Assembly: GCA_002189035.1 (NCBI GenBank) | Contig: CM007990.1 | Location: 4,588,001 to 4,652,000, forward strand | Direction of reading: 5' to 3' | Length of the DNA stretch: 64,000 bases | Source: Utricularia gibba | Taxonomy: Eukaryota > Plantae > Magnoliophyta | Notes under the pieces: generated by a model | What the model saw: the letters and a program-made list of their open reading frames with translations, nothing else | The model's database searches: none | What the model was told of the DNA's origin: nothing | Made by a program: the position numbers and the translations under genes | Part shown: positions 11,701 to 24,218 of the stretch, piece after piece | Layout: every line of letters begins with the position of its first letter | How positions within the stretch are numbered: position 1 is the first letter of the stretch

Positions 11701-12457
11701 CAGCTTCTGGAAACAAGCGCTGCCTGTGAAAAGCAGATTCTAAAAATCATCAAAGACGTCGACTTGCAAAGCTTAGAAGATGGGTATGTCATAAGCTGAG
11801 TACAGCGCAGGCTAAACACACTTCCTGCTGCTTCCCTTTCATAACCATGGCTACGTTTTTGCAGTTCACTGGGGCTGGAGGAGGTGGAATTCGTACTCGG
11901 GAGTGTGATGGATGCAGTCATCAGCCAAGTGATGTTTGTGCAGAGAGAGAGAGGTCTCCATCTGATCCGTGAAATACCAGAGGTTGTGAAGACACTAACC
12001 GTCCATGGTGACCCAATCCGACTCCAACAAGTCCTCGCCGAGTTCCTAGTGAACATGGCTCGTTGCGCTCCATCTCCAGAGGGTTGGGTCGAGCTCCAAG
12101 TCAATCCCAGTTTCAGAGAAGCCCTCTCAGGAGCAGCCATCGCCCGAATCGAGTTTAGGTACCAAAGCCACTCCCCCAAATCCATGTTTATCACTCTTGG
12201 ATGATGCCTAACTCACCGAGATTCATTATGAGTGAAGGATCATCTGCCCAGGTGAAGGTCTTCCTCCGGAACTAGTCCAAGACATGTTCCGCAGCAGCCG
12301 ATGGGCGGCGCAGGAAGGCCTCGGCCTCGGAATCTGCCGGAGGATCGTGAAGCTTATGAAAGGAGAAGTCCAGTACATCAGAGAATCGGAGAGATGTTAC
12401 TTCACGGTCAGTCTTCAGTTCCCGGCGGTGAAGCCACCGGCTCTGAGGATCACCTAG
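8747..12457 (+). CDS. PHYB: Phytochrome B-type photoreceptor, 4 exons (8747-10850, 10977-11783, 11865-12158, 12238-12457); 1-nt frameshift at 11126-11128 in this sequence
   Basis: PAS-GAF-PHY motifs ([20 protein letters not shown] chromophore Cys, WGGAKH, PRSSF), canonical three phytochrome intron positions, HKRD end ([15 protein letters not shown]...[10 protein letters not shown]). NTE and VVGHHTS motif match asterid PHYB. Confidence 0.95.
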
Positions 12458-13633
12458 TAGTCCTACCACCGTACCCATTGCCCATTCTTCTCCATCAGCT
12501 GCCCTCTTGGGCCAAGCTTCCATGGCCCGAAACCCAAATTAATTTTTAGGGAGTTTTGTTGCATTTCCGAAAATTGGTGTTATAATTTAATTATAAATTA
12601 TTTAAATTATAAACTTAACAATATTAAATGTGCATATAAAATATAAAAAAATATATATTAGTCAAATAAATTAAAATTATATAAAAAAACGTATAATTCA
12701 TATATTATCTAACTATAAATAATGTAAAATTGGGAAACTTTTAACTTACCAAATAAATGAAATTTTTGAATTAATCAATCTCACATACAATTGTCACCAC
12801 TCATACCCCCAATGCACGATATTTTTCATTTAAACATTCAATTCTTATAGTTTTATATTTTCCTACATAAGAAAAGACATTAAATAATATTTACATGATC
12901 ATTCTATTTAATTTTTTTTTGTTTATAATCAATGTGAAATTCATCTAACCTAGTTTTGTTACCTTTCTTTAGGTGGAGTCTTACAGTAATAAAACTGATT
13001 ATATTCCTATAATCTCAAAATTAATTATATTTTACATAACTTGAAATATAATTTCAAATAAAATCTTGATCCAAGTAAATATAATATTGAAATTTCAAAA
13101 AGATTATAAAAATTTTGAAAATATTGATCCCTAATATTTGTAATAAAAATTGTTTAATATTGACAAATATTGGGAATAGATTACAAAATCCAAAAATTTA
13201 AATTTTGATTGTCGAAAATCCATATAAAGACCAAACTAAAAAGATCTGCTAAATCTTTCACGAATATTCTTGCTTTGATCTATGGTGTATGGCCGTGTCC
13301 AACTGGGTGAAAGAGACGCATCATCGATACGGGACCCAGCGGCCACCACCACCCTCGGATCACGGTGAATTTCGAAGGGCAGCGCAAGATCCTGATTCCA
13401 TTCATCGTGTTTTCCGGTTGCGTCCGGCGGTAAAAATGTAAGCCGGGTAAAAAAAAAGGTTACCATACTGACGGAGTAGTGGACACTGTAGATTTGTCTT
13501 CATCGTACTTAGAATTTTTCTCCCTCTTTTGGTTTTAGCCCTTTGGATAGAAAGGTGAGACCTTTCTATCTCATCCTCATACGCAACGCGCGGAGTGAAG
13601 GAACCCAGAATTTGGAAAAGCTGATCCGCATCA

Positions 13634-16430
13634 ATGGCGAGACACGAGGAACTTCCGGTACCGGTTTATGATTCCCTTGAGCCGGTGTACGGGAGTGGAT
13701 CACATCTTGAAGAAGCTTTGCTGAGATACAACACTTTGAAGTCAAAGTTTACAGACTTGTTTGGCCACGCCCCCGATGTTTACGCTCGATCTCCGGGTAC
13801 GCTTACTTGTATTTGATTACTTGCTATGGCCCCTGTCAATTGCGCATAAATGGGTCTTTTTACATATTGCTTCCCGTTTCAAAAAGTCTTTTGATGCTTG
13901 ACCGAGTCAAATTCTTGTCCAATATAAGATGTTTGGTTGTTTTTTTTCTTGGGTTCGTTTGAAGCAGTTTCGTTGTGTAGGGAGGGTGAATTTGATCGGG
14001 GAGCACATAGACTATGAAGGGTATTCAGTGCTACCAATGGCCATCAGACAAGACACAATTGTCGCAATTCGGAAAGTTGATGGGGATAAAACGCTTAAAA
14101 TTGCTAATGTGAATAGCGAGAAGTATCCCTTGTGTACATACAACGCAGATCCTGATCAGGCATGTCCATCTCTTTGTAAATCTCGTTCATTCAACTGCTA
14201 TTCCAGTGTGATGAGTGCCAATCCATTTGACACTTCATACAAGGAAGAATGATGATCTAATGTCCCTTTTAAATTCTGTATTATGGAAATGAATCCAACA
14301 CAAGCATTTTTTTTCGTTTCAGGAGATTGATCTTAAGCATCACAGATGGGCTCACTATTTTATTTGTGGGTATGCTGCTTTCTATAATTGTTAGTTCTTC
14401 AAATGTCATCACTACCAGTTCATGTTTTCCCTAATGCGATTGTTGTTGCTCAGTCTGTGGAGATTATGTATGGTTATAACCATTCACATGTGCATGGCTT
14501 GTTTAACTTCAGGTACAAAGGTTTCCACGAGCATGCCACTTTGAAGGGAGTAAACGTGGATAGTTTTGGTCTTGAAGTTATGGTTGATGGAATCGTTCCA
14601 ACAGGTGTTTTTCCATTCCATTCCATGGATATTTCAATTTCTCCCAATTGCTAGTCTGAGAAAGCAACTGGGAGCATTTTCCCCATGACAGGGTCTGGCT
14701 TGTCAAGCTCTGCTGCACTGGTTTGCTCATCGACAATTGCAATAATGGCAGTTGTAGGAGAAAGCTTCCCCAAGGTTATTAGTTTTCATTGCTACTAATT
14801 CCATCTTTTTCTGTTATCTTGATTGCACTTGCTTCTTGATCCTGTGGAAGTGATCCTTCTAAATCGTTATTCACTTTTATGAATTGCCAATCACAGAAAG
14901 ATCTTGCACAACTGACATGTGAATGTGAAAGGCACATCGGCACTCAGTCTGGTGGGATGGACCAGGTATGGTCCATGAACACTCTCTTGATATTTCTTAC
15001 ACCAAAAACAGCTTTATAAACACTTGCAAGTTAGGACAGCATTCTCTGGCTGTTATCTCCTTGATTTTGTACATGAATACAATTTTTTTCTATTAAATGC
15101 GCTGAACAGGCAATATCAGTGATGGCTCAATCCGGATTTGCTGCTCTCATTGATTTCAATCCTATTCGAGCAACTGAGCTTCAGCTTCCTGCTGGGGGGA
15201 CATTCGTTATCGCTCATTCATTGGCAGAATCCCAGAAAGCTGTTACTGCTGCCACCAATTACAACAACAGGGTGGTAGAATGTCGCCTAGCTTCTGTAAG
15301 TTCACTCTGATTCACAGAACTTGATTGACGGAGACCTGATTGCAGCTTTGAGTATGGCAGATTGTACTAGCCATAAAACTTGGAACGCCTGCTGAAGAGG
15401 CAATGACCAAGGTGAAAACGCTTTCAGATGTAGAGGAGCTCTGCGTATCCTTTGCTGGTAAACATGGATCTGAGGATCCTGTCCTTGCTGTTAAGGTATC
15501 TGATTATCTTCTTCACTCTATTATCAAAAAATGTGCTTTATGGTCCTTGGATTTGCCATAGGAATTCTTGAAAGAAGAACCTTACACTGCTGAAGCTATC
15601 GAGGAAATCCTCAACGAGAAGCTTGAGGCTGTATTTTCGAATTCTCCTTCTTCCTTGGATGTGCTCAGAGCTGCCAAGCATTTCAAGCTACATCAGGTGA
15701 ACATGCAGTTTCCATGGCATTGTGGCTTACTGATAAATACCCCCTCATACTCGCCATTGCTCATCCTTGATGAAATTCATACCATTTTCAGAGAGCTGCT
15801 CATGTGTTCTCAGAATACAAACGTGTGTACGCCTTCAAAGATACCGTTTCATCAAAGCAAAGGTGAAGCTACTGTAAAATCTATACTAATACTAATAATA
15901 TTCAGCGCTCAGATTGTGCCCCTGTTATCTCAGTGAAGAAGAGGTGCTGAAACAGCTAGGGGAGCTCATGAACCAGAGCCACTACAGCTGCAGCGTGCTG
16001 TATGAGTGCAGGTGAAACTGAACTCCTGACAACCCTTTCTTTTTCATCCTTTTCGGTGTTCAAGCACCATTGCCGCAATCTGTTATCTCTCAGCTGTCCT
16101 GAACTGGAAGAACTGGTGAAATGCTGCCGCGCGAACGGTGCAATAGGGGCGCGGCTGACAGGCGCTGGCTGGGGAGGCTGCGCTGTAGCCCTGGTGAAGG
16201 AAAACATCGTCCCCCAGTTCATCCTCGACTTGAAGGTCAGCTAGGGCAACTTCACCCTTATTACACCCACAATGCCTGCACTATTTATCTCAATTTCTGT
16301 GTGCTTGGAACTCCATCAGGAGCAATTCTATCAGTCGAGGATCGACAAGGGCGTGATCGACAGGAACGACATCGGCCTCTACATTTTTGCATCAAAGCCA
16401 TCAAGCGGCGCTGCCATCCTCCATTTTTAG
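13634..16430 (+). CDS. GALK: Galactokinase (GHMP kinase), 13 exons; intron 2 is GC-AG
   Basis: [38 protein letters not shown]-binding loop, [21 protein letters not shown]-terminal [11 protein letters not shown]; exons join in frame. Confidence 0.96.
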
Positions 16431-17443
16431 CCGGTAGGCCGGAGCTGAAGGTCCTCCTCCATCTCTTCTGTTAGAAATAAGGTTCCCCCCGACAGGAACA
16501 GGAAACCATCCTCCTCCGGCCTCCTCGTCATTTGTATTTCACTTCCCTGCTGTGATTGTTATCTTCATGGAATAACACCCTTTTTTTCTTGTCTGGGCCG
16601 CTGGCTTGTCGTCTTCTGTCTGCGTGAAATTTCCGTTTGAACACGGAATCACTACTTCTCCGGTGCGGCCATTCAAATTTCAAAGGCCTGGTGTGTGGTC
16701 GTGCTTCCGTCCAGGAAGCCACATTTCTTTGATTTTGATGCCGCTTTCCCTTTCCCACTCCACGCACGTTTTTAATTCTCATTTGTAAATAGTATTTAAT
16801 TAAAATCAAATACTATTTTTTTCAATAATAACTGATTTTATCTAGTTTTTTTAATTTAATATTAAATTCGAATATATGATTTTTAAATAATACAGATAAA
16901 TAATATCTATATTATACGTAATTTTCCTAATGGTATGTGATAATGTATTTTAAAAAGGAATTTAAAAAAAACGTGGATAATTGACGGACACGTGGAAGCA
17001 GAGCGTCCATTCCGTTTCGAGGTTTTTTGGTCATTTCACACGATTCCGATCGCGATTGTTCCACAGCCGTCGGATCTGTTTTCCCTTTTTGGGTTACTAC
17101 TTCTGGATGCATCTATTTTGATTTTTGAATGAGTTGTTTTCAACTGAAATACCAGTTCTTGGACAGCAGACCACCAGCAAACTTCAGACACCTAAGGTTA
17201 ATAAACTGGGATCAAGGAGCATGAGAAGAATGTTTTTTTTTTGTTTCTGGTTCAATGGTAAGTACAAGGATCATGGTGGTTTTAGCATGATGATCACAGG
17301 GTTGTGGCTCAAGGCCATGTCTCTCTCTGTCGTCGTCTCCAAGGACTTGAAACTGCACATGAATGAAAACTGAACAATAGTATCGGATTCCTTTCTCTGT
17401 TTGCTGTTTCCTTTGCTTTCTCCTATCGTTGTTGAGACTGTAT

Positions 17444-18625
17444 TTATGAAAAAGAAAACAAGGGGTTCGGGGTGGGCTGCTCTTGGTGTTGCAGGAACCA
17501 CATATCGTCGCCCAGATACCAGTCTTCGGCGACGCTTGCTCCGGTGATCCACTGGCTGCTGCTCTGATCCATGAACTCTAGCCCTTGATCGTAGTACCCG
17601 TACCCAGATTGACTGTTGCTCATGGATTGTTGATGCTCAGTCATGGCATAGGGGAGCTGATTTCCCTGATAACCGTTCTCCTGCTTCACCTGATACGAAT
17701 CGTTGTTGTAAAATTCCGGTTTGTCGGACGCCGCTGCGGGGGAGATCTCCCAAGCCTCTCGTTCATAGCCAGAGAAAACTTGGGTTTGCCCTGAGGCCGT
17801 GTTGGTGTTTATGCTGCGGTCGCTGAAGCGGGAAGTGGCGGAGGAGGAGGAGGAGGACCCCATCACCGGAGTACTGTCGTTCACGGCGGCGGCTCCGGAG
17901 GCAGAGGCAGACCCAGAAGTAGCTTGGATCCGCTCTACCAATCGGGGCATCCATAAGTAGCGCATGGTGTCCTTGAATTGCTTACTGTTGACGTCGCATT
18001 TCAGCTGCTTGGCATGCTTTTGGACCCTCGTTCTCCAGTAGTTCTTTATCTCATTGTCTGTTCTGCCCGGCAAATGCTGAGCAATTTTCGACCATCTGAA
18101 CACCGGCGGCAGAGTTAACTAACAGATCACCGGAAAAAGAAGCACGATTGTACCGAGCAAAATTCACCTGTTTCCCCATCTGGAATGGAGTTCGAGGATC
18201 AAAAGCTGTTCCTCGAGGGTGATGTTCCCTCGTCGAACATCTGGGCGCAGATAATTCAGCCACCTCAATCTGCAGCTCTTCCCAGTCCTCTTCAATCCTG
18301 ATCCCGAAGAAAACAAAGTCAGCCTCTTATCACACAAATCAATCACAGAACAGCAGTTTCTACAACAGAGCACCGTGGAACGGTCGCAGCTTTGAACCTT
18401 CAAACCAAACCCCACAAACTCAAGAACAAAAAAGAAGCGAAATAGGAGCTGGGTTTTACCAGCACAGCGGGAGAGGGAATTCCAGCGGCCTTCTCCATGG
18501 CGGGCGATGTAGTTGATGAGCGCAAAATCTTCCTCAACAGTCCACGGCCCCCTCCGCAGCTCCCCTTCCCTCGAACACGAATCTTCCTCGCTCTGCTCGC
18601 TGCTACAGTTCTTCATCCCCTCCAT
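17444..18625 (-). CDS. MYB108: R2R3-MYB transcription factor, subgroup 20 (MYB108/BOS1/MYB78-like), 3 exons
   Basis: [11 protein letters not shown]...[31 protein letters not shown]...[47 protein letters not shown] (WMPRL is the subgroup-20 motif). Exact ortholog uncertain. Confidence 0.9.
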
Positions 18626-21600
18626 TTCTCCAACACAAATCGAAGGATTCGATGTCTCTGAATGCGCTGCGGGTGTTGGAGAGGAAAGTTGTGGTGGCCT
18701 GGGGGTTTATATAGTGGTGAGATTTCAATTCAACGAGGAAGGAGTTGAAGTTTGACAACAACAACAAAAAAGAAACAAACGAATATAGAAGACGAAGGTG
18801 GTGACAGTGGAACCAGGGAAGTGCTGCAGTGCAAGTCCTGATCAAGCAGCCGCAATTGCGACCTCAGAATAGTGGCATTTAATTCAAGTGCACAGTTGAA
18901 AATGGATATATATATTTTTTTATGTATCGTATTGTGTTGCACATGGGATATGGAGTCATGCCACGACACACATAGGCCATGACCAAATAAAGACATTCCA
19001 ATTGGATTGATCTAATTACACAAATTATAACGTTAACCCGTCTTATGAAGTTGTGACCAATAATTGGGTCCCGAAACCGTATAGTTCTAGATACGAACAC
19101 TCATAAAAACGAATTGAATCGAAATTGGAACTTTCGATTCAAACTACAGTTCTGGATCCAATCGATTAAGTGTTATTGAATCATAACTATTAATGAAATT
19201 TAATATAATACTTTTGAATTATAAACTATTTAATAAATGATTCACGATTTTTTATAATTTAAAATGGTGATATTATTTATTTAATTAAGGTGGTGATTAA
19301 GTATATTTATGTAATCATCTTTCAACATTTTTAACAACAAACCTTTATTATTATTTAATATTATAAATATTTATAAAGACACGCCAACAATAAAGAAATA
19401 AGAAAATTTTTGACAAAAATACATGCCACCGTGCCATGTTGATTGTTGTATTTTAAAATTAGATTAAATCCATTTTACAACTTGTTCATAATTTTAAATT
19501 AAACTATTTTTTATACTAAAAATTAGATGGTATACTGCATTGGTCACAGATAAAGAAGTAACGTGCTTAAATAAAGAAAATATCTTAATTTTATACATGA
19601 ATTTTTTTTCTTCAAAGCAGAAAACATAAAACTATGAAATTGAGATTACCTAAATGAACAAGGAGGACGTCAGTTTTTTTAATATATTATCAAAAAAGAA
19701 AAAAAATGAAGAATTTGTTTCAATTTATTGAAATTTTAATTCCCGATTTTGGAGTGAATTATTCTGGTTCTCGATTTAGATTTGATTTTCATATTCTATA
19801 GAGTCGGAACCGTTCCGATTCTAAACCCTTGGTTCCATTTGCACTTGGGAACAAGTTGACGATCACAACATATCCCTGGAGATTATCATAACCCAAACTG
19901 ATTCATATTATAAAGTATTTATTCAAATTACTCATTTTTCTTTATAACTCTAATACTAGATAAGTATGTGTTGGGTGACGTCAAGGGATTAAAATACTTA
20001 AGTTAACAGAAATAAGATATGAATGGATTATATTTTATTTAGGGTTTAACTAGTAGGTAAAACATTAGATATGTGATTTTAAGTAAATTATTCCTAATCA
20101 AAAATTCATTTAACCTCATAAAATAAACGTAATATAATTTATAATTCTAATATTAAAACTTTTTAATCCCAAAAGGTAAATACACATTAAAGTGGGTTTG
20201 ATTCTTCTTTTCGAAAAGAATTTATAATAAAATTGTAGTTGAGATTTTGTATTTTTTAAGCATAGACTAAGTATATTTAAATATAAAACAGTTTTACATT
20301 TGTATTGTTTTTCAAGTAATAAAAATATTTATTTTCAGTACGAGAAGGCGAGGGAGTAAATGCTCCAGAAGTACAGGAGGAGTTTACTTTTCTCCATTAA
20401 TGCACGAACTCTCTCAATTATTACACGATTCTAGACGGTACCTTCTAAATTTACCACACGCACGCATGTGTCGGGTCCTCCTAAATTCATATCGCTTACC
20501 TGGATAGAGTAATATGATAGAGAGGTACTCGGTATGAATTCTAAATTCAAACGTGTTTGGGTTGAAGTAATTTGATGATATGAATGGTAATTGGTGAGGA
20601 TAATAAAAACGTAAAACTATGAAAATTAAATATAAATAACAGATAATATCGTGAAAACACGAGTGTAGTTCATTAAGGATTTGATATCTTATGAAACACA
20701 CAAATCTTGTACAAGACACTTTTTTCGGGATAAAGAGGAATCCATTATAATTAAGCCTGTGATTATAATGTTTGATATACATGATCATCCAAATCAAATG
20801 AGATTAATTACTATTTATCCATAATTTTTTTATATAATTAGTTCTATTAATTTAATTTTTTGATATATAATTAATTTAATTTTAATATTTATTCCTATAT
20901 CAAAAATATTATATACGATCAATTATTAATAATTTATAATTTTTATATATATATTTGATCATTTCAATTTAATTTTCAAATTTGACATTATTACGAAATA
21001 TGAATCCTTCCTCTAACATGTTTTCTGACCTAACCGGTTTCGATTCGGTTCGTTTTTGTTCGTATGCTAATACGAGCGAGTCATTACAAGTATAACTAGT
21101 TGGTGTGGTTCTACTACTGAGTCGAGGCACCACATGTGAGAAATGAAAGACGTGCACCTTATCGCGACGATCAAGTTGCGGGGTGCTCCGGACGGCTGCC
21201 GTGACGCCCTCACATTCTTCTTCTGTGAGTTGCTTGGGGACATGGAAGGAATGCCACGTGTGCCAGTCCTGAAGATTATTAATTAATTTAATACCGAAGG
21301 TGGGACCCACAATAAATAACATTATCATCATAAACTTCTCATATGCTTAAAAGCTAAAAAAACATGGATTTTAGAAATCATTATTTTATTTTTCCAAATT
21401 GTTGAAATATAATTAAAAATTATGAAATTGAATTTGGTATATAATTCTTAAATAATATTATATTTGGTTTATGTATTTGTTATCGAACGATAAAAATAAA
21501 TCAAAACTCATTTGATTAATAAAACGTATGTGAGAATAAAGTTTTAAAAAACATGATTAGAAAATAATTATACATATTTTATAAATTATGTTTGAATTCA

Positions 21601-24218
21601 AAAATGAAATTTGTTAAAATTAATCATTTATTGAATTAGAATACATGAAATTTATACAATAAACATGTATTATATTAAAAAAATTAAATTCAATCGATTA
21701 ATGTACAATTTTTTATATATTTATATATTATATTTTTAAAATTAGAATTGTTTATTCTAATACATTTATTTCTTTTTTTTAGATTTATTTAAATCGGATT
21801 TTTTTTGGCATCGGGTTCTCTCTTCTGGAAGGATCCTTTTATGGCTCGTGGTTAGTATGCTCTTTTCTCCGTATTCTAACGTGTTCCTAATTCCCATCAG
21901 TTCAGTCAACGAAGAATACCACCGCACCATCATCGTCTTCCTCTTTTCTTTTCCAAGGCTCTGAAAGCGATCGAGTGGGTGCCCCGGCGAACCAGTCAAA
22001 ATGAGGGACCCAAATCGGCCGCATTTTCTGGGTTTTGACCCGTCTGCTCCACCCCAAGGCGCGGCGGCTTTCGGGAATGCTGGGGGTTGGGTGGGTGTGC
22101 GCCTGTATCTTCATCTGGTTCGACTGATGTTTCTTTCTTTGCATTGCTTGGTCGGAATTGGCGATCCGGCGAAGCTGGAAATGGAAGCTTGAGTGACGGG
22201 GGGAGGGAATGGCTGGCAGGATCCAACTTTTCAAAGGGTTTGAAACTAATGGCTGGAGGAGGAAGATGAATGGGGTGGCGTGTTTGACCAAAACGCAGCC
22301 TAAAGAAACCCCATGGCTTGAGCTGTAGTTAACAGACGTAGCTTTTCCTGCTGCTCTTACTCCTCACAGCATCCATCACTCCTGTCGCCTCCAACTGTGC
22401 ATTGCACTTGGACTTGGACTAGATACACACACACACACAATTCACCAGTCTGTGGAATGATGCACAGTTCCCTCTTCTGGAAATCTCTCAAACCACGTAA
22501 ACTGCTACCCACCCCTTCAGTCTCACAGGGAGCTGTGAAGCATTTTTCATACCAAAAAGGAGTCCTCGCACCTTCCAAGTTCCCTTTTTTCGTGTGGGAG
22601 TCTCTATCCATCAATGTACAACACATTATCAAACCAAATAATACCATATCAATTTTAAAGTTAAATAATCAAGTATATAATAAATTATAATTTTACCTAA
22701 GATCCATATTTATGTATTTTGATTTCATACATAATCGTCCCATAAATTGGATGACCCTTAATTTGGATCACAACTACTGGCTATACATGTATATGAATCC
22801 TAATAATTTATGCATGAGATTGTTGTTGTCACCTATGAACATGATTCAGTTTTAAGGAAACCAATTATTGGGTGGTTTTAACAAAATTTTTTTGGGGGGT
22901 TTAAAGACTTCTATTTATTTATAAATAAAAAATTGGGTTTATATAAAGATAAGAGATGTTTTATTTGAATATTATAATTAAATTATATTTAACTAAACTG
23001 GATTTAGGAAGGGGGGTTACGGAACTCGGGAGTTGCTTCCGATTTTTTTACAAACGTGGGAAACGTGTTCATTTATTTTAGTCATCGCGCCGGTGTGTCT
23101 GGTCTGCCCTACCAAGGAAACTAGAGGGCCCACATTTGAATACACGGTTAATGATTTATTTAATTTTTTTATTTTTAAATAATTTATAATGAAAATCATA
23201 TCCTAAATTTTTAGTGGAAAGGTATCCAAAGTCAAACACGATTATTATTTATAAAATTGAATATTTTTATTTATAATACAACAGATATTAAAAATGATTA
23301 ATTTATTTATACAGAGTTGACCAGTCGTCTTCTTTGAATCTGACCGTTAACTGTTAGGGCAGCCGCCGGTCTGTGATGCGCAAGCAGCAAATCATCTTCA
23401 CTGTTGAAGAGTTGAAGACCACAGCGCGCACGTGGCGCATGGATGATGTCATCAGCTGGGTGGCTGTCCTCTCGTGGCCCAAGTGTACGCCTATGTTTTT
23501 CAGATTTGAATCTTTCGCGTCAGGAGAACAGAGATTCGAACAGTGTTGAGAAAAAAGCGACGCATCGGAAGCTGGGCAACTGCTGCTGCATCATCATGAC
23601 TCATGAGAGAGGTTTGGTTTGGGGGCGAGTGAGCCCCGGAAGTCGCCGTGGTAGCCGGGAGGCGGAGAAGTTTGAGTGGAGTATGAGATTCCGATGGGGC
23701 CCTTCCTTGTCAAAAACGTAACCTCGCTGGCGTCGTCATTGTTAGTTGAGTGGTGGGATCTGCGTTCCCACAGCTGCAACAGGCGATCAGAGTGCCCCCG
23801 GAGGCTGTTTACTTTCAGAAGGTTCACATCGGCGATGCCCCACCTTGTGTTGATGGGTTTTGTGCCATTTTTTGTTTTTGTTGGTTGTTTCACAGTGAAG
23901 ATGGTGGGTGGATTATTCAACCCCAAGTTGTGTGGTAGTTGCTGTTCAGCTAAAACTGCATTACTCCAATCAATTTTTTTTTCCGGTCAAATCCAGAGGG
24001 AGGGAGGGAGGGGATACAGAAGAGAAGAGCCGCATTCCTCTCTCTCTCTCTCGCCCACAATTTCATCATTAATAAGTTTTGAGTTGGTGTAGCAGTAGTA
24101 AGTTGGGGTGGCAGGAGCACCGGCTTCTTGTCTTGCAAGGATATCACATTTCAGAATTACAATAAACACATGGTGAATAATATATGGATGAAGTAACTCT
24201 CGAGTGTGCATATGCTGT

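Noticed and set aside
18813-18833. CCAGGGAAGTGCTGCAGTGCA resembles the complement of miR408
   Set aside because: It needs a central 2-nt insertion plus mismatches, lies on the strand opposite the MYB mRNA, and has no hairpin partner.
20340-20800. Moderately GC-rich patch with a 127-codon minus ORF, possible transposon remnant
   Set aside because: No terminal repeats, target-site duplication or recognisable transposase/RT motif; the ORF is low-complexity AT-rich.
23583-23603. miR172-like 21-mer (minus strand) or target-like site (plus strand)
   Set aside because: Four mismatches, including miRNA positions 4 and 7; no star arm nearby; overlaps simple CTG/CAT repeats.
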